NCBI GenBank assembly: GCA_965219455.1
Contig: OZ244744.1
Location: forward strand, 3,360,001-3,424,000
Length of the DNA stretch: 64,000 nucleotides
Source: Candidatus Latescibacterota bacterium
GTDB lineage: Bacteria > Latescibacterota > UBA2968 > GCA-2709665
Direction: 5' to 3'
Translations under genes and position numbers: made by a program
Shown: positions 19,960 to 31,185 of the stretch, piece by piece
Position numbering within the stretch: the stretch's first letter is position 1
How the letters are laid out: every line of letters begins with the position of its first letter
The notes under the pieces: generated by a model
Database searches by the model: none
Told to the model about the DNA's origin: nothing
What the model saw: the letters and a program-made list of their open reading frames with translations, nothing else

Positions 19960-20150
19960 GTCAACCTCCTCCGAAAGTCCGACAATTCTAGCCCATGGAC
20001 GACTCTCAACCTGACGCCCGGGCCATGGAACCAGGGTGCGGTATCGCGAACCGCAGAGACTTCGAGATCAACCGGGATATCACACGGAATCGCCAGACAA
20101 AGTCATCCGGGCAAAAATTCGTGCGCCCCGGTCGTTCCTGATTTCCGCCA

Positions 20151-20178
20151 ATATTGATTTTTCCCCGGACCGTGTCAA
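20151..20178 (-). promoter_or_regulatory. Candidate sigma70 promoter for the leftward operon
   Basis: Minus strand TTGACA-16nt-AATATT. Confidence 0.35.
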
Positions 20179-20353
20179 GACCCTTCTCAACCCCTGATCC
20201 CCCACTCAATTCACCCTCGACGTTGCGTTGTTGGAGAAATTCAGATTTCGCCGTACCTTCGCAGAACGCAGTTGGGACCGCCCGCCGTGGAATAATGGCC
20301 GGGTCTGCGTTCGGTGCACTGAGGTGTCGTGATTTATCGAACAGGAGACCGTT

Positions 20354-21226
20354 ATGAAAGAGCTCCGGGGTATCTGCGCGGCTCTATGCACCCCCTTTAC
20401 CGGTGACGGCGAACAGATCGACGAAAACGCGCTGAGAATACATATCGACTCCATGCTGGAAGCCGGCGTCCACAGTATCCTCATCAACGGCGGCACGGGT
20501 GAGTTCGCCTGTCTGCGACCTCAGGAACGCAGGCGACTCGCCGAACTCGCTGCCGAACACCTCGATGGCAGGGCCGACTTTGTGGCCATGGCCTCGGCGG
20601 TCAGCACGTCGGAGACGATAGAATACGCCAAACACGCCGAGGGCGTGGGTGCCGACTGCCTGCTTGTGCTACCGCCCTATTTTGAAGGTCCCGACATGGA
20701 AGGCGTGTACGCGCACTATGGGGAAATCTCCGAATCCGTCAGCACGCCGATTATGGTTTACAACATCCCCGTCCACACGGGCATCGATATTTCCCCGGCC
20801 TTCTTCAAACGCCTCATGGAAATCGAGAACATTCGATATATCAAGGACAGCACGGCGGACATTCTACGTATCCAGGAACTGCTCGCCATCGGCGCCGAGG
20901 TCTTCAACGGAGGGGACCCCATCGCCTTCTTCAGCCTGGTTGCAGGATGCCCGGGTTGCGTATGGGGTGCGGTCAACGCCATGCCGAAAGAGGCCGTCAA
21001 TCTCTACAACCTGGTCGCTGCGGGAGAACTCACGGAAGCCCGGGACCTCTGGCGTCGCATGTTTCCCGCCAACCGCTTTTTCTGGACCCACGTTTACAAC
21101 GCCTCTGTAAAAGCCGCCACCAACCTCTCCGGCAGACGCGTGGGTCCCTGCCGCAAGCCCGTACAGCCGCTCACGGAAGCCGAAATGGCGGAACTCAGAG
21201 ACGCCATGAAGCCGCTGCTGACATAA
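20354..21226 (+). CDS. Dihydrodipicolinate synthase/N-acetylneuraminate lyase family protein
   Basis: NGGTGEF, VYNIP, IKDS Schiff-base Lys; AGGAG RBS. Confidence 0.9.
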   Translation: MKELRGICAALCTPFTGDGEQIDENALRIHIDSMLEAGVHSILINGGTGEFACLRPQERRRLAELAAEHLDGRADFVAMASAVSTSETIEYAKHAEGVGADCLLVLPPYFEGPDMEGVYAHYGEISESVSTPIMVYNIPVHTGIDISPAFFKRLMEIENIRYIKDSTADILRIQELLAIGAEVFNGGDPIAFFSLVAGCPGCVWGAVNAMPKEAVNLYNLVAAGELTEARDLWRRMFPANRFFWTHVYNASVKAATNLSGRRVGPCRKPVQPLTEAEMAELRDAMKPLLT

Positions 21227-21305
21227 ATCAGGGTGCATCAAGATGCGCCCTGATTCCAACCACTACGCTGGGTGATTCCAGCCAGCCGTCCTCGACGTCC
21301 GACAG

Positions 21306-21701
21306 CTAAGTGAGATTGATGGTTCCACCCGGCGGAGGCGCGCCCGGCAGTCCGCCCGCGCCCGGCGCCACAATCCGGGAGGACTCCTGGCGCCGCTTTT
21401 CCTTGGCCTCCTCCATCATATCTTCCACGGCTCGCGCCAGCGCCTGCGGAAACTTCCGGAGCGCCTCTTCCAGATCTGCGGCCTCAATGTTGCATTGCAC
21501 GGGGAGCGGACCCATCTGGGACATCAGATGGGTCTGTCCGACAAACACCTGACGCCGGGTCCCATCGGGCGTTCCATCCGGCTTCACCGGAACCAATCTG
21601 CGGATGGACGCCACCTTCAGGTCAGTATAGTTCTCTTCCCGATACAGGTTGTTCCGATCAACCTGTATGTCGCTCAACGGCTGCTGCTCGTTCCGGTTCA
21701 C
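21306..21701 (-). CDS. Conserved hypothetical cytoplasmic protein
   Basis: AAAGGAG RBS, GTG start; NLYREENYTDLKVASIRRLVPVKPDG, C-terminal SRIVAPG. Confidence 0.7.
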   Translation of the reverse strand: MNRNEQQPLSDIQVDRNNLYREENYTDLKVASIRRLVPVKPDGTPDGTRRQVFVGQTHLMSQMGPLPVQCNIEAADLEEALRKFPQALARAVEDMMEEAKEKRRQESSRIVAPGAGGLPGAPPPGGTINLT

Positions 21702-21835
21702 GCACAATCTCCTTTCAGCTTAATGAATTCGTATCCATCTGCTGTGCCGTACTTCCGAGTAAAGGACAAGGGTTCGGCGTCACCCGGATTCCACGTGACT
21801 GGCAACGTCCTCAGGAACCCCCTCCGGCGCTCGTC

Positions 21836-22522
21836 TCACCGGAATTTCGCCGGCCAGAACACCTCAGGCGCCGCCGTGAACGTCATCTCCTCCTTCCGGG
21901 TCGGATGCGACAGCGTGAGGGCACGCGCATGGAGCGCCAGGCTCTTTTCCGGAAACCCGATTCTCGCGCCGTACCGGAAATCGCCGACAACGGGATGCCC
22001 GCGGTGCGCGAACTGTACCCGGATCTGATGATGTCTGCCCGTTTTCGGCCGGACCTCCACCCACGATATTCCCCGTTCGAACCGCAATCGACGGAACCCG
22101 AGCACCGCCTCCTGCCCCCTTTCGGACACCGTACTCGAAGGTCCGGCGCGCAACAGCGTATCCACCATGCGGCCCTCACGGGGCGTTTTCCCCTCCACCA
22201 GCGCCCAGTAGATCTTTCCAATCCGACGGGCTCGAAACTGTTCCGAAAGCCTGGCAGCCGCCTTGGACGTCCGGGCAAAGACCATGACCCCGGATGTCGG
22301 CCGGTCCAGCCGATGCACCAGCCCCAGAAAGGCATCGCCCGGTTTGTTGAACGCCGCCTTCACGTACGCCTTGCCGTATTCCAGCAGCGACCGGTCGCCC
22401 GTGCGGTCTCCCTGTGCAAGCATTCCCGCGGGTTTCCGGACCACCAGCAGGTGGTTGTCGATATAGATGACGTCGAGATTCGGGGCGGTTGAATCCGCAT
22501 TCGACCGCATAGGCGCCAACAT
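21836..22522 (-). CDS. RluA family RNA pseudouridine synthase
   Basis: KPAG, VHRLDRPTSG catalytic motif, TGRHHQIRVQ, GDFRYG, LHA. Confidence 0.93.
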   Translation of the reverse strand: MLAPMRSNADSTAPNLDVIYIDNHLLVVRKPAGMLAQGDRTGDRSLLEYGKAYVKAAFNKPGDAFLGLVHRLDRPTSGVMVFARTSKAAARLSEQFRARRIGKIYWALVEGKTPREGRMVDTLLRAGPSSTVSERGQEAVLGFRRLRFERGISWVEVRPKTGRHHQIRVQFAHRGHPVVGDFRYGARIGFPEKSLALHARALTLSHPTRKEEMTFTAAPEVFWPAKFR

Positions 22523-22591
22523 CCTGTGCTGTTGTGGTCCCCCTTCCGGGGGAATACGGAACTCTCGTTAGGTTTGGTCCCGGCAGTCTTT

Positions 22592-23959
22592 CTATCGCAC
22601 TCTGTTCAGCCCGTTGAGCGCCGCCACGCGGTATGCTTCGGCCATTGTCGGATAGTTGAACGTTGTGTTGATGAAGTACATCAGCGTATTGCCGCCGCCT
22701 TTCTGGGCCATAATCGCCTGGCCGATGTGGACAATTTCCGATGCCTCGGATCCGAAACAATGAATGCCCAGAATCTCCAACGTCTCCCGATGAAACAGTA
22801 TTTTCAACATCCCGGTGGTCCGACCCGTGATCTGCGCCCGGGCAAGGTGTCTGAACGACGCGTGTCCAACCTCATAGGGAATCTTTTTCGACGTCAATTC
22901 CTGCTCCGTCAGCCCCACCGAACTGATTTCCGGAAGCGTGTAGATCCCCGTCGGGATGTCTTTGACCAGATGCGCCTCGCATTCCCCGAATATCAGATGA
23001 GTGGACGCGAACCGCCCCTGGTCGTATGCCGCGCTGGCCAGGTTGGGATACCCCACCACGTCGCCCACCGCGTAGATGTGGCTCTGAGCCGTCTGGTAGT
23101 ATTCATTCACGACTACATTGCCCCTGTAGTCACACTGGATGCCGATCTCCTCCAGACCCATCCCATCCGAATTTCCCGTTCGGCCCTGCGCCCAGAACAG
23201 GCAGTCGCTGAGGATTTCCTTATTGGATTTGAGGTGCAGGCGCACGCCGTGATCGTCCGCCACAACCCCTTCGTACTCCTCGTTGTGTCTGATTAGCACC
23301 CCCTGTTCACGCAGGTGATAGCTCAGCGCATCCACGATCTCGTCGTCCAGGAAGGCCAGCAGACGGTCCAGGCTGTTAATCAGGTTCACCTTGATCTGCA
23401 GACCTCTGAAAATGGATGCATACTCGCAGCCGATCACTCCCGCTCCGTAGATTGTCACCGACCTGGGATGTTCCTGAAACGCCACTATCGAATCGCTGTC
23501 CACAATGCGCGGATGCGAGAAATCCACGTCCGGCGGGTGGTATGGCCGTGCACCGGTGGCAATGACGAATCCGTCCGCGCGGTAACGCCGCACACCCCCG
23601 TTTTGCAGAAGGACCTGAATTCCATGACTGTCCTCGAACGCGGCGCGCCCGTGGATCACATCCACAAAATTCCTGGTGTAGAATCCCTGGCGCAGGTCGA
23701 CCTGCTGACGAATCACGCCCTCCGCCGTCTGCAAAAGATCCTGAAACCGGGAGTCGTTGTACTGACCGGTATCTACGAGCTTCTGGATGGCGTGCCTCAA
23801 CGCCTTGCTGGGAATGGTGGTCTGATGGGTGCAACTTCCGCCCACCGAGGGCCGGTTATCCACCACGGCGACCCGCTTCCCCTCCTTGGTCGCCTTCATG
23901 GCCGCGCCCTCTCCACCCGGTCCGCTCCCGATTACGATCACGTCAAAGTGATTTTCCAT
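22592..23959 (-). CDS. sthA: Soluble pyridine nucleotide transhydrogenase
   Basis: [23 protein letters not shown] (single Cys), [34 protein letters not shown]. Confidence 0.93.
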   Translation of the reverse strand: MENHFDVIVIGSGPGGEGAAMKATKEGKRVAVVDNRPSVGGSCTHQTTIPSKALRHAIQKLVDTGQYNDSRFQDLLQTAEGVIRQQVDLRQGFYTRNFVDVIHGRAAFEDSHGIQVLLQNGGVRRYRADGFVIATGARPYHPPDVDFSHPRIVDSDSIVAFQEHPRSVTIYGAGVIGCEYASIFRGLQIKVNLINSLDRLLAFLDDEIVDALSYHLREQGVLIRHNEEYEGVVADDHGVRLHLKSNKEILSDCLFWAQGRTGNSDGMGLEEIGIQCDYRGNVVVNEYYQTAQSHIYAVGDVVGYPNLASAAYDQGRFASTHLIFGECEAHLVKDIPTGIYTLPEISSVGLTEQELTSKKIPYEVGHASFRHLARAQITGRTTGMLKILFHRETLEILGIHCFGSEASEIVHIGQAIMAQKGGGNTLMYFINTTFNYPTMAEAYRVAALNGLNRVR

Positions 23960-24290
23960 ATCACGCGACTCTGTTCATTGCGTCACGAAAAAACGCTATC
24001 CCGCCGCCTGCCGACCGGCGACACTGACCCCGTTTTGACCCATCCGGGGCTGCCCGCTACCTCCCGGAACCACCGTTAAAAATAAAGGATTGTTGCACGT
24101 AAGATCAAGTTTTCTTTGGATCTTTATAGTCTTGCAGCGGGGGTTCTACGCAAAATAGATACATGTTTGATCATGCTGCGTGTTCAGGGATTCGTGTTAG
24201 TGATAAAGGGTCAAGGGCAGGACGTGGCGTTTACGGCCTGCCTGCCGCGCGCTGTACTCCGTCAGCCTCCATGGGACCCTGTCAAAATCA

Positions 24291-24322
24291 ATAAAAAAGG
24301 CGTCGATTCTTGAACCGACGCC
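24291..24322 (-). terminator. Rho-independent terminator downstream of cspA
   Basis: Minus strand GGCGTCGGTTC-AA-GAATCGACGCC followed by TTTTTT. Confidence 0.8.
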
Positions 24323-24378
24323 CGTCGAATGCACCCATTGAGGATTCACGTGCGGAGAAAATGGACCGCGGTTAACGG

Positions 24379-24588
24379 CTAGCTCTGCTCCACCTTTGCG
24401 ACGTCTGCGGCCTGGTAGCCCTTGGGGCCCTGCACGACTTCAAAGGATACGACCTCACCTTCGGCCAACGATTTGAATCCATCGCCCTGGATAGCCGAGA
24501 AATGCACAAAGATATCCTCGCCCTCATCCCTTTCGATAAAGCCGTAACCTTTGGCGTCGTTGAACCACTTCACGCGACCTTCTGGCAC
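24379..24588 (-). CDS. cspA: Cold-shock protein
   Basis: [15 protein letters not shown] (RNP1), IFVHFSAI (RNP2), GPKG. Confidence 0.96.
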   Translation of the reverse strand: MPEGRVKWFNDAKGYGFIERDEGEDIFVHFSAIQGDGFKSLAEGEVVSFEVVQGPKGYQAADVAKVEQS

Positions 24589-24730
24589 AGTACTTCACCA
24601 CCTTTCAGCGTTAGAAATCGACGAAACCAAAACGGGCAAGGACCGGAACTTCTGATCCTTGCCAGACGTACAACTGGACTGCAAAGGAGACAGAAACTTC
24701 ATCCTTCTACTCCATTCTTCCAGTAGATGC

Positions 24731-24759
24731 ATAATAATTCTTTTTTGTTCAATTGTCAA
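24731..24759 (-). promoter_or_regulatory. Sigma70 promoter of cspA, giving a ~135-nt 5' UTR
   Basis: Minus strand TTGACA-17nt-TATTAT. Confidence 0.75.
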
Positions 24760-25116
24760 CCTTTTTTGGTCCGTTTTTCGGTACGAGTTTTCCATTCTGT
24801 CCAGGGACAACCGGACCGTTAAGTCCTGTGCGGCCCCGCTCCGCGAAGAATCTTTTCAGGTTATTTGTTTTCAATGAGATATGAATGTCCATTTTCGGAT
24901 CTCGGGATCGGATTCCAGGCCGGACATCGTTGAGATCCCCGAATTCGTCCGGATCGTTCTTTCCTCTTGACAGACGCGGACGCCTTCGCCATTTTGGTTT
25001 TTTACATTGCCACAGGCGTTTCAACCGGGTTTCACCCGGACATCCGGGACGGGACACTGGGCCTCGTCTGCAGAGCAACTTTACCAACGGACTGCTATTC
25101 CCCTTAAGGAGGTCCC

Positions 25117-28100
25117 ATGCCGGCCTGGAACAGCGATGAAGAGAGAGAATGCAGGCGTCGACTGGAAGAACAGAAGGCGAGATACTATCGCAGCGCCGGG
25201 GACGTCGAACACCCTTGCCTCAGTATAAGGGACGACAACCTCAGTATCGCCCGCGCCAATATCCGCCGACACGATTGGGCAAAAAAGCACTACGAGGATC
25301 TGCTCGAACTGGGGGATTACTATGCGCATCGCTCCGATGCCTGGATTGCCCACATGCTCCCGGGGCTGACCCCTGCGCAGATCTACGGGACATTCTGCCC
25401 CGCCTGCGGCGCGGACAACACCTATCGCATGCGATGGATCGATCGCGACCCCGACAAACTGATCTGTTTCCATTGCGACGCCATCATGACCGACGAGGCC
25501 TTTCCCGAAGAGGGTCGCCTCGAACTGCCGCGCTCCGGACAGACCCTCACCTATTACATCCGTCCCGAAGAAAGAAACGACCCTGAATTCACCACGGGCC
25601 GCAGTGCTTACAGCTGGGCCGGGCGCCGCGTCCACTCGTCATATAGCGGCGCCGTCCGGCAGCAGAAAACCCACCGCATGCCCGCTGTGGCGCGCAATCT
25701 GGCCATTCTCTATCGCATGGAAGGCGAGGACCGCTATGCCCGCGCTGCGGCGGCCATCCTGAAACGCTTTGCCGCCGTGTACCCCACCTATCTCTTCCGC
25801 GATTACTGGAACACTTACATGGACTGCGATCCCCTGTACGCCTGCGAACTCATGGCGCGGGACACGGGTATCGCCCGGTACGAAGTCAACCCATGTCCGG
25901 ACCAGAACGCCCGCTCTCCGATGGAGAGCGGAAGACTCATTCAAACGTTCTGGGGTTGCGGGCGCCTTTCGGGCGGCGGCGTGCAGTCCGAAGCCCATTT
26001 CATCTCTATGCTCGCGGAAGCCCTGGATCTGCTCTGGGACGAAAAGGACGGCCATGGACACCTCTACCTGACCGAACAGGAACGCGAACGCATCGTCAAA
26101 GACCTGCTGGTGGAGGGCCTCTTCACGTTCACGCACTGGGAGGGCGTGAACAACAAGGTCGCGGGTTGCCGCGAGGGCGAAGTCGTTCTCGGCCGCTTTC
26201 TGGGCGCCCCGGACGACGTCCATCGGGGCGTCGAGGGTTTTAAACCCTACCTGAAGGGGTTCTTCAAATTCGACGGCAGCACCGCCGAGGGCTCCAGCTA
26301 TTACCTCTACGCCGTGGCCAACGTGCGAAACCTTCCCGAAGTCGCCCACGGGTATTCCGACCCTCCCACGTACCGCGGCAGAGACCGCTACGACGATCTC
26401 AACCTGTATGCCCGCGGCGGCCCCTACCACACCGTACTCCGCGCACGAACCCTGATGACGTTGCCCGACGGTCGCCTGCCCCACGCCGCCGACGCGCGCG
26501 AGGGTCCGTCGGACTGGCCCTATCCCGCGTGGATTCACAACCTGGGTCTCGTGCGTTTGGGCGACGATTTCGCCCCTTTCGTCCGCATGGACACGGGCGA
26601 CGCATTCGCCCTCTTCAACCGGCCCGCGGAACTCGAAGCCACGCCGCCGCCGCCCGTGCGCGACCGGTTCTTCCCCGGCTGGCTGCTGGCAATCTTCAAC
26701 ACCGGCTACGATGGCATGTTCCAGCCCGACCTCACCGGAACGGCCACCTTCCTGATGAACTTTTACAAACCGGAAGGTCATGACCACCCGGACGCCCTCA
26801 ACATCGCCATGACAGCGGAAGGGGTGGAGGTCCTTTCGGACCTGGGATACGTAGGCGACCATCCCCTGAACGCAAGTATCCGAAGCACCCTCAAGCATAA
26901 CCTGGTGGTTGTGGACGAACAGGAACAACTCCTGCGGGACCGCCGACCTCCCGGCAACCTCCGGCTCCTTGCGACGTCGCCGGCCACAAAGATTATCGAA
27001 GCCGACTGCAGAGCCTATGAGCAGGCCGAAACGTACCGCCGTTGTTGCGTCATGATTCACACCGGCACGGGCCCCGCCTACCTGGTCGACGTGTTCCGCG
27101 TCAGGGGCGGCGCCGTCCACGACTACGCCATCCACGGCGAAGGCCGCGTCAGCGCGCCGCCCGCCGATGACCGCCCGATTCCGCTGGAGGAACGTCCCGG
27201 CGTACTCGGAAGAGACATCGAGAAACTCCGCGTGGGCAAGCCAGCGGACCCATGGGCCGTCTCCTGGACCGATTGCGGCATGACCATGCGCGCGCGGCTT
27301 GTATCGCCGGTTGACGAGATCATCCTGGGCGAAGGCCCCGGCCAGCGGGACCATGCTGAAATCGGCGCCCGCCACGACTATCTCTTCGCCCGCAAAGCCG
27401 AAGCCGGCCCCGGGAACACGTTTGTCGCCGTAATCGACCATTTCCGGAAAGACCCTGACATCTGCGAAGTTCAACCTGTTTGTCTTCCCGGCGACGCCAG
27501 CGGACCTGTCGCGCTCCGCATCGGTCGCCGAACCGGCGCCGAAACGGTTATCCAGACCCTGGATCAGGTCGAACGCACCTACGACAACGTCACGTTTGCC
27601 GGTCGCGCCGCCGTTTACACCCGATGCGAGGATGCCCGGCAATCGCTCTTTCTGACGGAAGGCACCCGTTTCGCCTCGCCTGGCCTGACCGTTGCCCTCG
27701 AGGTTGCCGCGATCGAGGGTGACATCGTCGACCGGAACCGCAGGGGCTTCCGGACCGGCAATACCCTCCCGCATCCCGACGCCCTGGTGGATCACTTCGT
27801 CCGGGTCCGTGATCCCGATCAGGGCTGCTGGACGGCTTACCGCATCAGGTCCGCTACCGCCAGCCGAATCGCCGTGGACGAATTTCCCTTCAACGCAGGT
27901 ACCACCTATCATATCCCGTCGCTGTTCCGGATCGAACAGGCCTCGGACGATACGTACCGCGTCCGAACCACAACGCCGGCCCGGCTCTCGATTCGGACAC
28001 CGTACCGGCGGGCTTTCCTCGAAAGCGGAGACGGCGGGCGGACCGAATTGGAGACGCACGAGACAGCCGGTCTGTTGACCCTCACCATCGACCCCACGAC

Positions 28101-28137
28101 CACCCAACCCCACGGAACCGTGCTGCGCCTGGTATAG
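25117..28137 (+). CDS. Heparinase II/III family protein (polysaccharide lyase-like)
   Basis: AAGGAGG RBS; DGSTAEGSSYY, GHDHPDALNI, LSDLGY, HNLVVVD, YLVDVFRVRGG; N-terminal CxxC...CxxC. Confidence 0.85.
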   Translation: MPAWNSDEERECRRRLEEQKARYYRSAGDVEHPCLSIRDDNLSIARANIRRHDWAKKHYEDLLELGDYYAHRSDAWIAHMLPGLTPAQIYGTFCPACGADNTYRMRWIDRDPDKLICFHCDAIMTDEAFPEEGRLELPRSGQTLTYYIRPEERNDPEFTTGRSAYSWAGRRVHSSYSGAVRQQKTHRMPAVARNLAILYRMEGEDRYARAAAAILKRFAAVYPTYLFRDYWNTYMDCDPLYACELMARDTGIARYEVNPCPDQNARSPMESGRLIQTFWGCGRLSGGGVQSEAHFISMLAEALDLLWDEKDGHGHLYLTEQERERIVKDLLVEGLFTFTHWEGVNNKVAGCREGEVVLGRFLGAPDDVHRGVEGFKPYLKGFFKFDGSTAEGSSYYLYAVANVRNLPEVAHGYSDPPTYRGRDRYDDLNLYARGGPYHTVLRARTLMTLPDGRLPHAADAREGPSDWPYPAWIHNLGLVRLGDDFAPFVRMDTGDAFALFNRPAELEATPPPPVRDRFFPGWLLAIFNTGYDGMFQPDLTGTATFLMNFYKPEGHDHPDALNIAMTAEGVEVLSDLGYVGDHPLNASIRSTLKHNLVVVDEQEQLLRDRRPPGNLRLLATSPATKIIEADCRAYEQAETYRRCCVMIHTGTGPAYLVDVFRVRGGAVHDYAIHGEGRVSAPPADDRPIPLEERPGVLGRDIEKLRVGKPADPWAVSWTDCGMTMRARLVSPVDEIILGEGPGQRDHAEIGARHDYLFARKAEAGPGNTFVAVIDHFRKDPDICEVQPVCLPGDASGPVALRIGRRTGAETVIQTLDQVERTYDNVTFAGRAAVYTRCEDARQSLFLTEGTRFASPGLTVALEVAAIEGDIVDRNRRGFRTGNTLPHPDALVDHFVRVRDPDQGCWTAYRIRSATASRIAVDEFPFNAGTTYHIPSLFRIEQASDDTYRVRTTTPARLSIRTPYRRAFLESGDGGRTELETHETAGLLTLTIDPTTTQPHGTVLRLV

Positions 28138-28147
28138 GAAATCCCGG

Positions 28148-28181
28148 CAACATGGGACTTGCAATCCCGACTGGCATGTTG
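28148..28181. repeat. REP-like intergenic palindrome
   Basis: CAACATG-GGACTTGCAATCCC-GACTGG-CATGTTG nested stems. Confidence 0.4.
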
Positions 28182-28289
28182 TAGACTCTTGATATCCGTC
28201 GCGCGGCCCGACCGCAGCCCGTCGGGACTGACCCGAACCGGAACGAACACGGCGAATTTTCTCAATCCTTCTCCCGCGGGAAACTGTCC

Positions 28290-29405
28290 ATGTCAACGTC
28301 GTCTCCTGCCTGCGCCACGTACGAGTCCATAGGCGTTCGTCCACTGATCAACTGTATGGGAACCTACACCATCATCTCAGGCTCTCTGATGCTGCCGGAA
28401 GTCCGCCAGGCGGTACAGGAGGCATCGAGAGCGTACGTGCATCTGGACGAACTGATGGAAAAGGTCGGCGCCCGGGTCGCGGAACTTATGGAATGCGAAT
28501 GGGGCATCGTCACCAGCGGTTGCGCCGCAGCGCTATGCCAGGTCACCGCCGCCTGCGTGGCGGGCCTGGATCCCGAAAGCATGAAACGCCTGCCCGATAC
28601 GTCGGGCATGAGAAACCGGGTCATCACGCAGCCCTCCCACCGGCACGTGTATGACCACGCCATCCGCATGGTCGGCGTGGAAATCGTCGAGGTCGAAACT
28701 CCTCACGAAATGGAGGCTGCCATCGACGAATCGACCGCCATGATCGCCATTTTCGGCGACGCGGCCGATCGGGGCACCGTCTCCGTGACGGACATGGTCT
28801 CCATTTCCCGGAAACACAACGTCCCCACCTTCGTCGACGCAGCCGCGGAACGTCCGGACGTGCCGAATCCCTATCTGTCAGAAGGGGTGGACGTGGTCGC
28901 CTACAGCGGCGGCAAGTGCCTTCGGGGTCCCCAGGCGTCCGGTCTGGTTCTGGGCCGGAAGGACATTCTCCACGCCGCATTCATGAATGGCGCCCCCCAC
29001 CATTCGCTCGCCCGACCGATGAAGGCGGGAAAAGAGGAAGTGATGGGCCTCCTCACGGCCGTGGAACAGTGGGCCAGACGAGACCACGCCGCTGAGTGGA
29101 AGGAATGGGAGCGCCGCCTCGACACGATTGCAGACTCGGTTGCACAACTACCGACCCTGACGACGGGCATCCGTCAACCCGGCCGGTCCAACGTCGCCCC
29201 TGTGCTGGCCATCAACTGGGATCCGGGAACCATCCGCATCACGCCGGAAGAAGCCAGGCGGCAACTCTCCGACGCCGACCCGCGCATCGAGCTTTTCCAC
29301 ACCGGGAGTGGCGTGGAAGTCATGCCCTACATGATGGAATACGGCGAGGATGTCATTGTCGCCCGCCGCCTGAAACAGGTTCTGGAAACCGCGCTGCCAG
29401 ACTAG
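28290..29405 (+). CDS. SelA-like PLP-dependent enzyme (DgaE-like subfamily)
   Basis: GVRPLINCMGTYTIISGS, VDAAAE, YSGGKCLRGPQASG, RPMKAGKEE. Confidence 0.85.
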   Translation: MSTSSPACATYESIGVRPLINCMGTYTIISGSLMLPEVRQAVQEASRAYVHLDELMEKVGARVAELMECEWGIVTSGCAAALCQVTAACVAGLDPESMKRLPDTSGMRNRVITQPSHRHVYDHAIRMVGVEIVEVETPHEMEAAIDESTAMIAIFGDAADRGTVSVTDMVSISRKHNVPTFVDAAAERPDVPNPYLSEGVDVVAYSGGKCLRGPQASGLVLGRKDILHAAFMNGAPHHSLARPMKAGKEEVMGLLTAVEQWARRDHAAEWKEWERRLDTIADSVAQLPTLTTGIRQPGRSNVAPVLAINWDPGTIRITPEEARRQLSDADPRIELFHTGSGVEVMPYMMEYGEDVIVARRLKQVLETALPD

Positions 29406-29474
29406 AATTTCAATCAGGTCTGTATAGACCCCGCACATGGAATCTCACGGAGTCATAGCCCCACGGAGCCCCTG

Positions 29475-30710
29475 ATGCGCGTCGAAATCGCCCGTCACGC
29501 CCTTGACCGCGTGCCCCTCTCGATCATCTTCGACGACTCCACGTTGCTGGTCAACCTCAATTACTTCTTCATGAGGGACAGAAACCCTATCGACGGCCAG
29601 CACCGCCGCTGGGAGGACGTACCCGTCGTCCACCCCGAGTCCTTCACCCGGGAATTCGCCGAATACTGCCTCGACGAGGGCGTAAAGGGGAAGTTCAGCG
29701 TCGTACCCTGTCCCGCGGCGCTGGGGCGCATCGACCACGGTCTGCCGCTTTTCAGCAAAGCCCAGCAGGAAAGCTGGCTGGATATGTGCCGCGAATTCAT
29801 CGTGCCCAACTACGACATCACACCCGAAATGATTACCCACACATTTGTGGTGGACCTGGAGACGTTGCGGCCGGTGGACCCCAACCTCTGGGAACAGTGG
29901 GGATGGCACCAGCTTCCGACCGATAGGGAGGAACTGGTAACGGACTACATCGCGCTCGCCTGTGAAATTCTCCACAACGTCGGCCTGACGCCCGATGGCG
30001 TCACGTCGCCCGGCGGGTTCGGGAATCCGCTCGACTTCTACGCCAGATGCGCCGAAGCCGCCTGCCGGCGTGTCACGGGCAACCCCACGCCCTACCTGTT
30101 TAAACGCGTGTCCAACGGCGCGGTGGAGACTCCGGTGTGGTACCCCGACCGCAACGCCGGAACGGCGATGGGCGAGATTATCGCATGTACCGGGGATTGG
30201 ACCGGATCCTGGACGGGGTACGGCGAAGTCAATCCCGACAAATATATCACCGCCGACCTTCAGGGCGGGCGTTTACCGGCTGTTATCGATGCCGGTGATC
30301 CTGCGGTACTCATCAGCCACTGGCAGGGCTTTTACGGACTCCACGACGCAGACCGCCGGGGCTTTAACGCCTTTAAAACCGTCGTCCGCCGGCTGAGGGA
30401 ACGCGATCCGGCGAATGAACGCACCCGGTGGCGCAAATGCAGCGAGATTACTACCTACGCCATCATGAGGGAGATGGCCGAACTCACAGTTGAAGGCAAC
30501 ACCGTCACGCTCGATCTGCCCGTACGCATGCCGGAACTGACGCTATGCTTCACTGAACGGGAGATCAGGTCCGTGTCCGTAGACGGCAGGCCGCTTGCCC
30601 GCGCGCACACCAGGGCCGCCTTCGAAAGCCAGACCTTCTACCGGGAGAACGGCGCAACCTACGTCGCCGTCGATCCGCAACGTCGCACGACCACCGTAGA
30701 GATCCGGTAA
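29475..30710 (+). CDS. Hypothetical protein, possible polysaccharide deacetylase/GH57-type barrel
   Basis: IIFDD, KGKFSVVP, EMITHT, TSPGGFG, ISHWQ motif order resembles NodB-like barrels. Confidence 0.55.
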   Translation: MRVEIARHALDRVPLSIIFDDSTLLVNLNYFFMRDRNPIDGQHRRWEDVPVVHPESFTREFAEYCLDEGVKGKFSVVPCPAALGRIDHGLPLFSKAQQESWLDMCREFIVPNYDITPEMITHTFVVDLETLRPVDPNLWEQWGWHQLPTDREELVTDYIALACEILHNVGLTPDGVTSPGGFGNPLDFYARCAEAACRRVTGNPTPYLFKRVSNGAVETPVWYPDRNAGTAMGEIIACTGDWTGSWTGYGEVNPDKYITADLQGGRLPAVIDAGDPAVLISHWQGFYGLHDADRRGFNAFKTVVRRLRERDPANERTRWRKCSEITTYAIMREMAELTVEGNTVTLDLPVRMPELTLCFTEREIRSVSVDGRPLARAHTRAAFESQTFYRENGATYVAVDPQRRTTTVEIR

Positions 30711-30726
30711 AACGGAAACCAACACT

Positions 30727-31185
30727 ATGAAACTCTGCGACGCACTGGCCCCAGACCGTATCGAACTCAACCTTGCCAGTCCCGATCGGGACGGGGCCAT
30801 CCGCGAGATGATCGAAACTATGGGCCGGTCGGTCAATCTTCCCGATCCCGACGCGCTGCTTGGTCTCATCCTGGAACAAGAGGCCATCAAGACCAGCGGT
30901 GTGGACCAGGACGTGGCGATACCGCACGCCCGGTCGGACGACATCGAGGGTGTGGTCGTGGTGTTGGGCATATCCAGGAATGGCATCGACTTTCAGAGCC
31001 TGGACGGGCAGCCCGTACACCTGATTTTCCTCATTCTTTCTTCCGAGGCATCCCTAGCGGCATACATGAGCGTACTGAGCCGCACCGCCCGCATTTTCGA
31101 CCACGAGGACATCCGTCGAAGGGTCCTCCTGGCTGCCTCTCCCGCAGAAATTATCCAGCTCATCCGTACACAGGAGCCGTTTTAG
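30727..31185 (+). CDS. PTS IIA domain protein (PtsN/IIA-Fru-like)
   Basis: VAIPHAR phospho-His motif, GIDFQSLDGQPVHLIFL. Confidence 0.92.
   Translation: MKLCDALAPDRIELNLASPDRDGAIREMIETMGRSVNLPDPDALLGLILEQEAIKTSGVDQDVAIPHARSDDIEGVVVVLGISRNGIDFQSLDGQPVHLIFLILSSEASLAAYMSVLSRTARIFDHEDIRRRVLLAASPAEIIQLIRTQEPF

Noticed and set aside
25639-28344. 901-aa minus-strand ORF
   Set aside because: Antisense shadow of the heparinase-like gene; no motifs; expected in high-GC coding DNA.
28290-29405. True selenocysteine synthase selA, given selD nearby
   Set aside because: At 371 aa it lacks the SelA N-terminal domain; motifs fit the SelA-like/DgaE subfamily; no selB adjacent.
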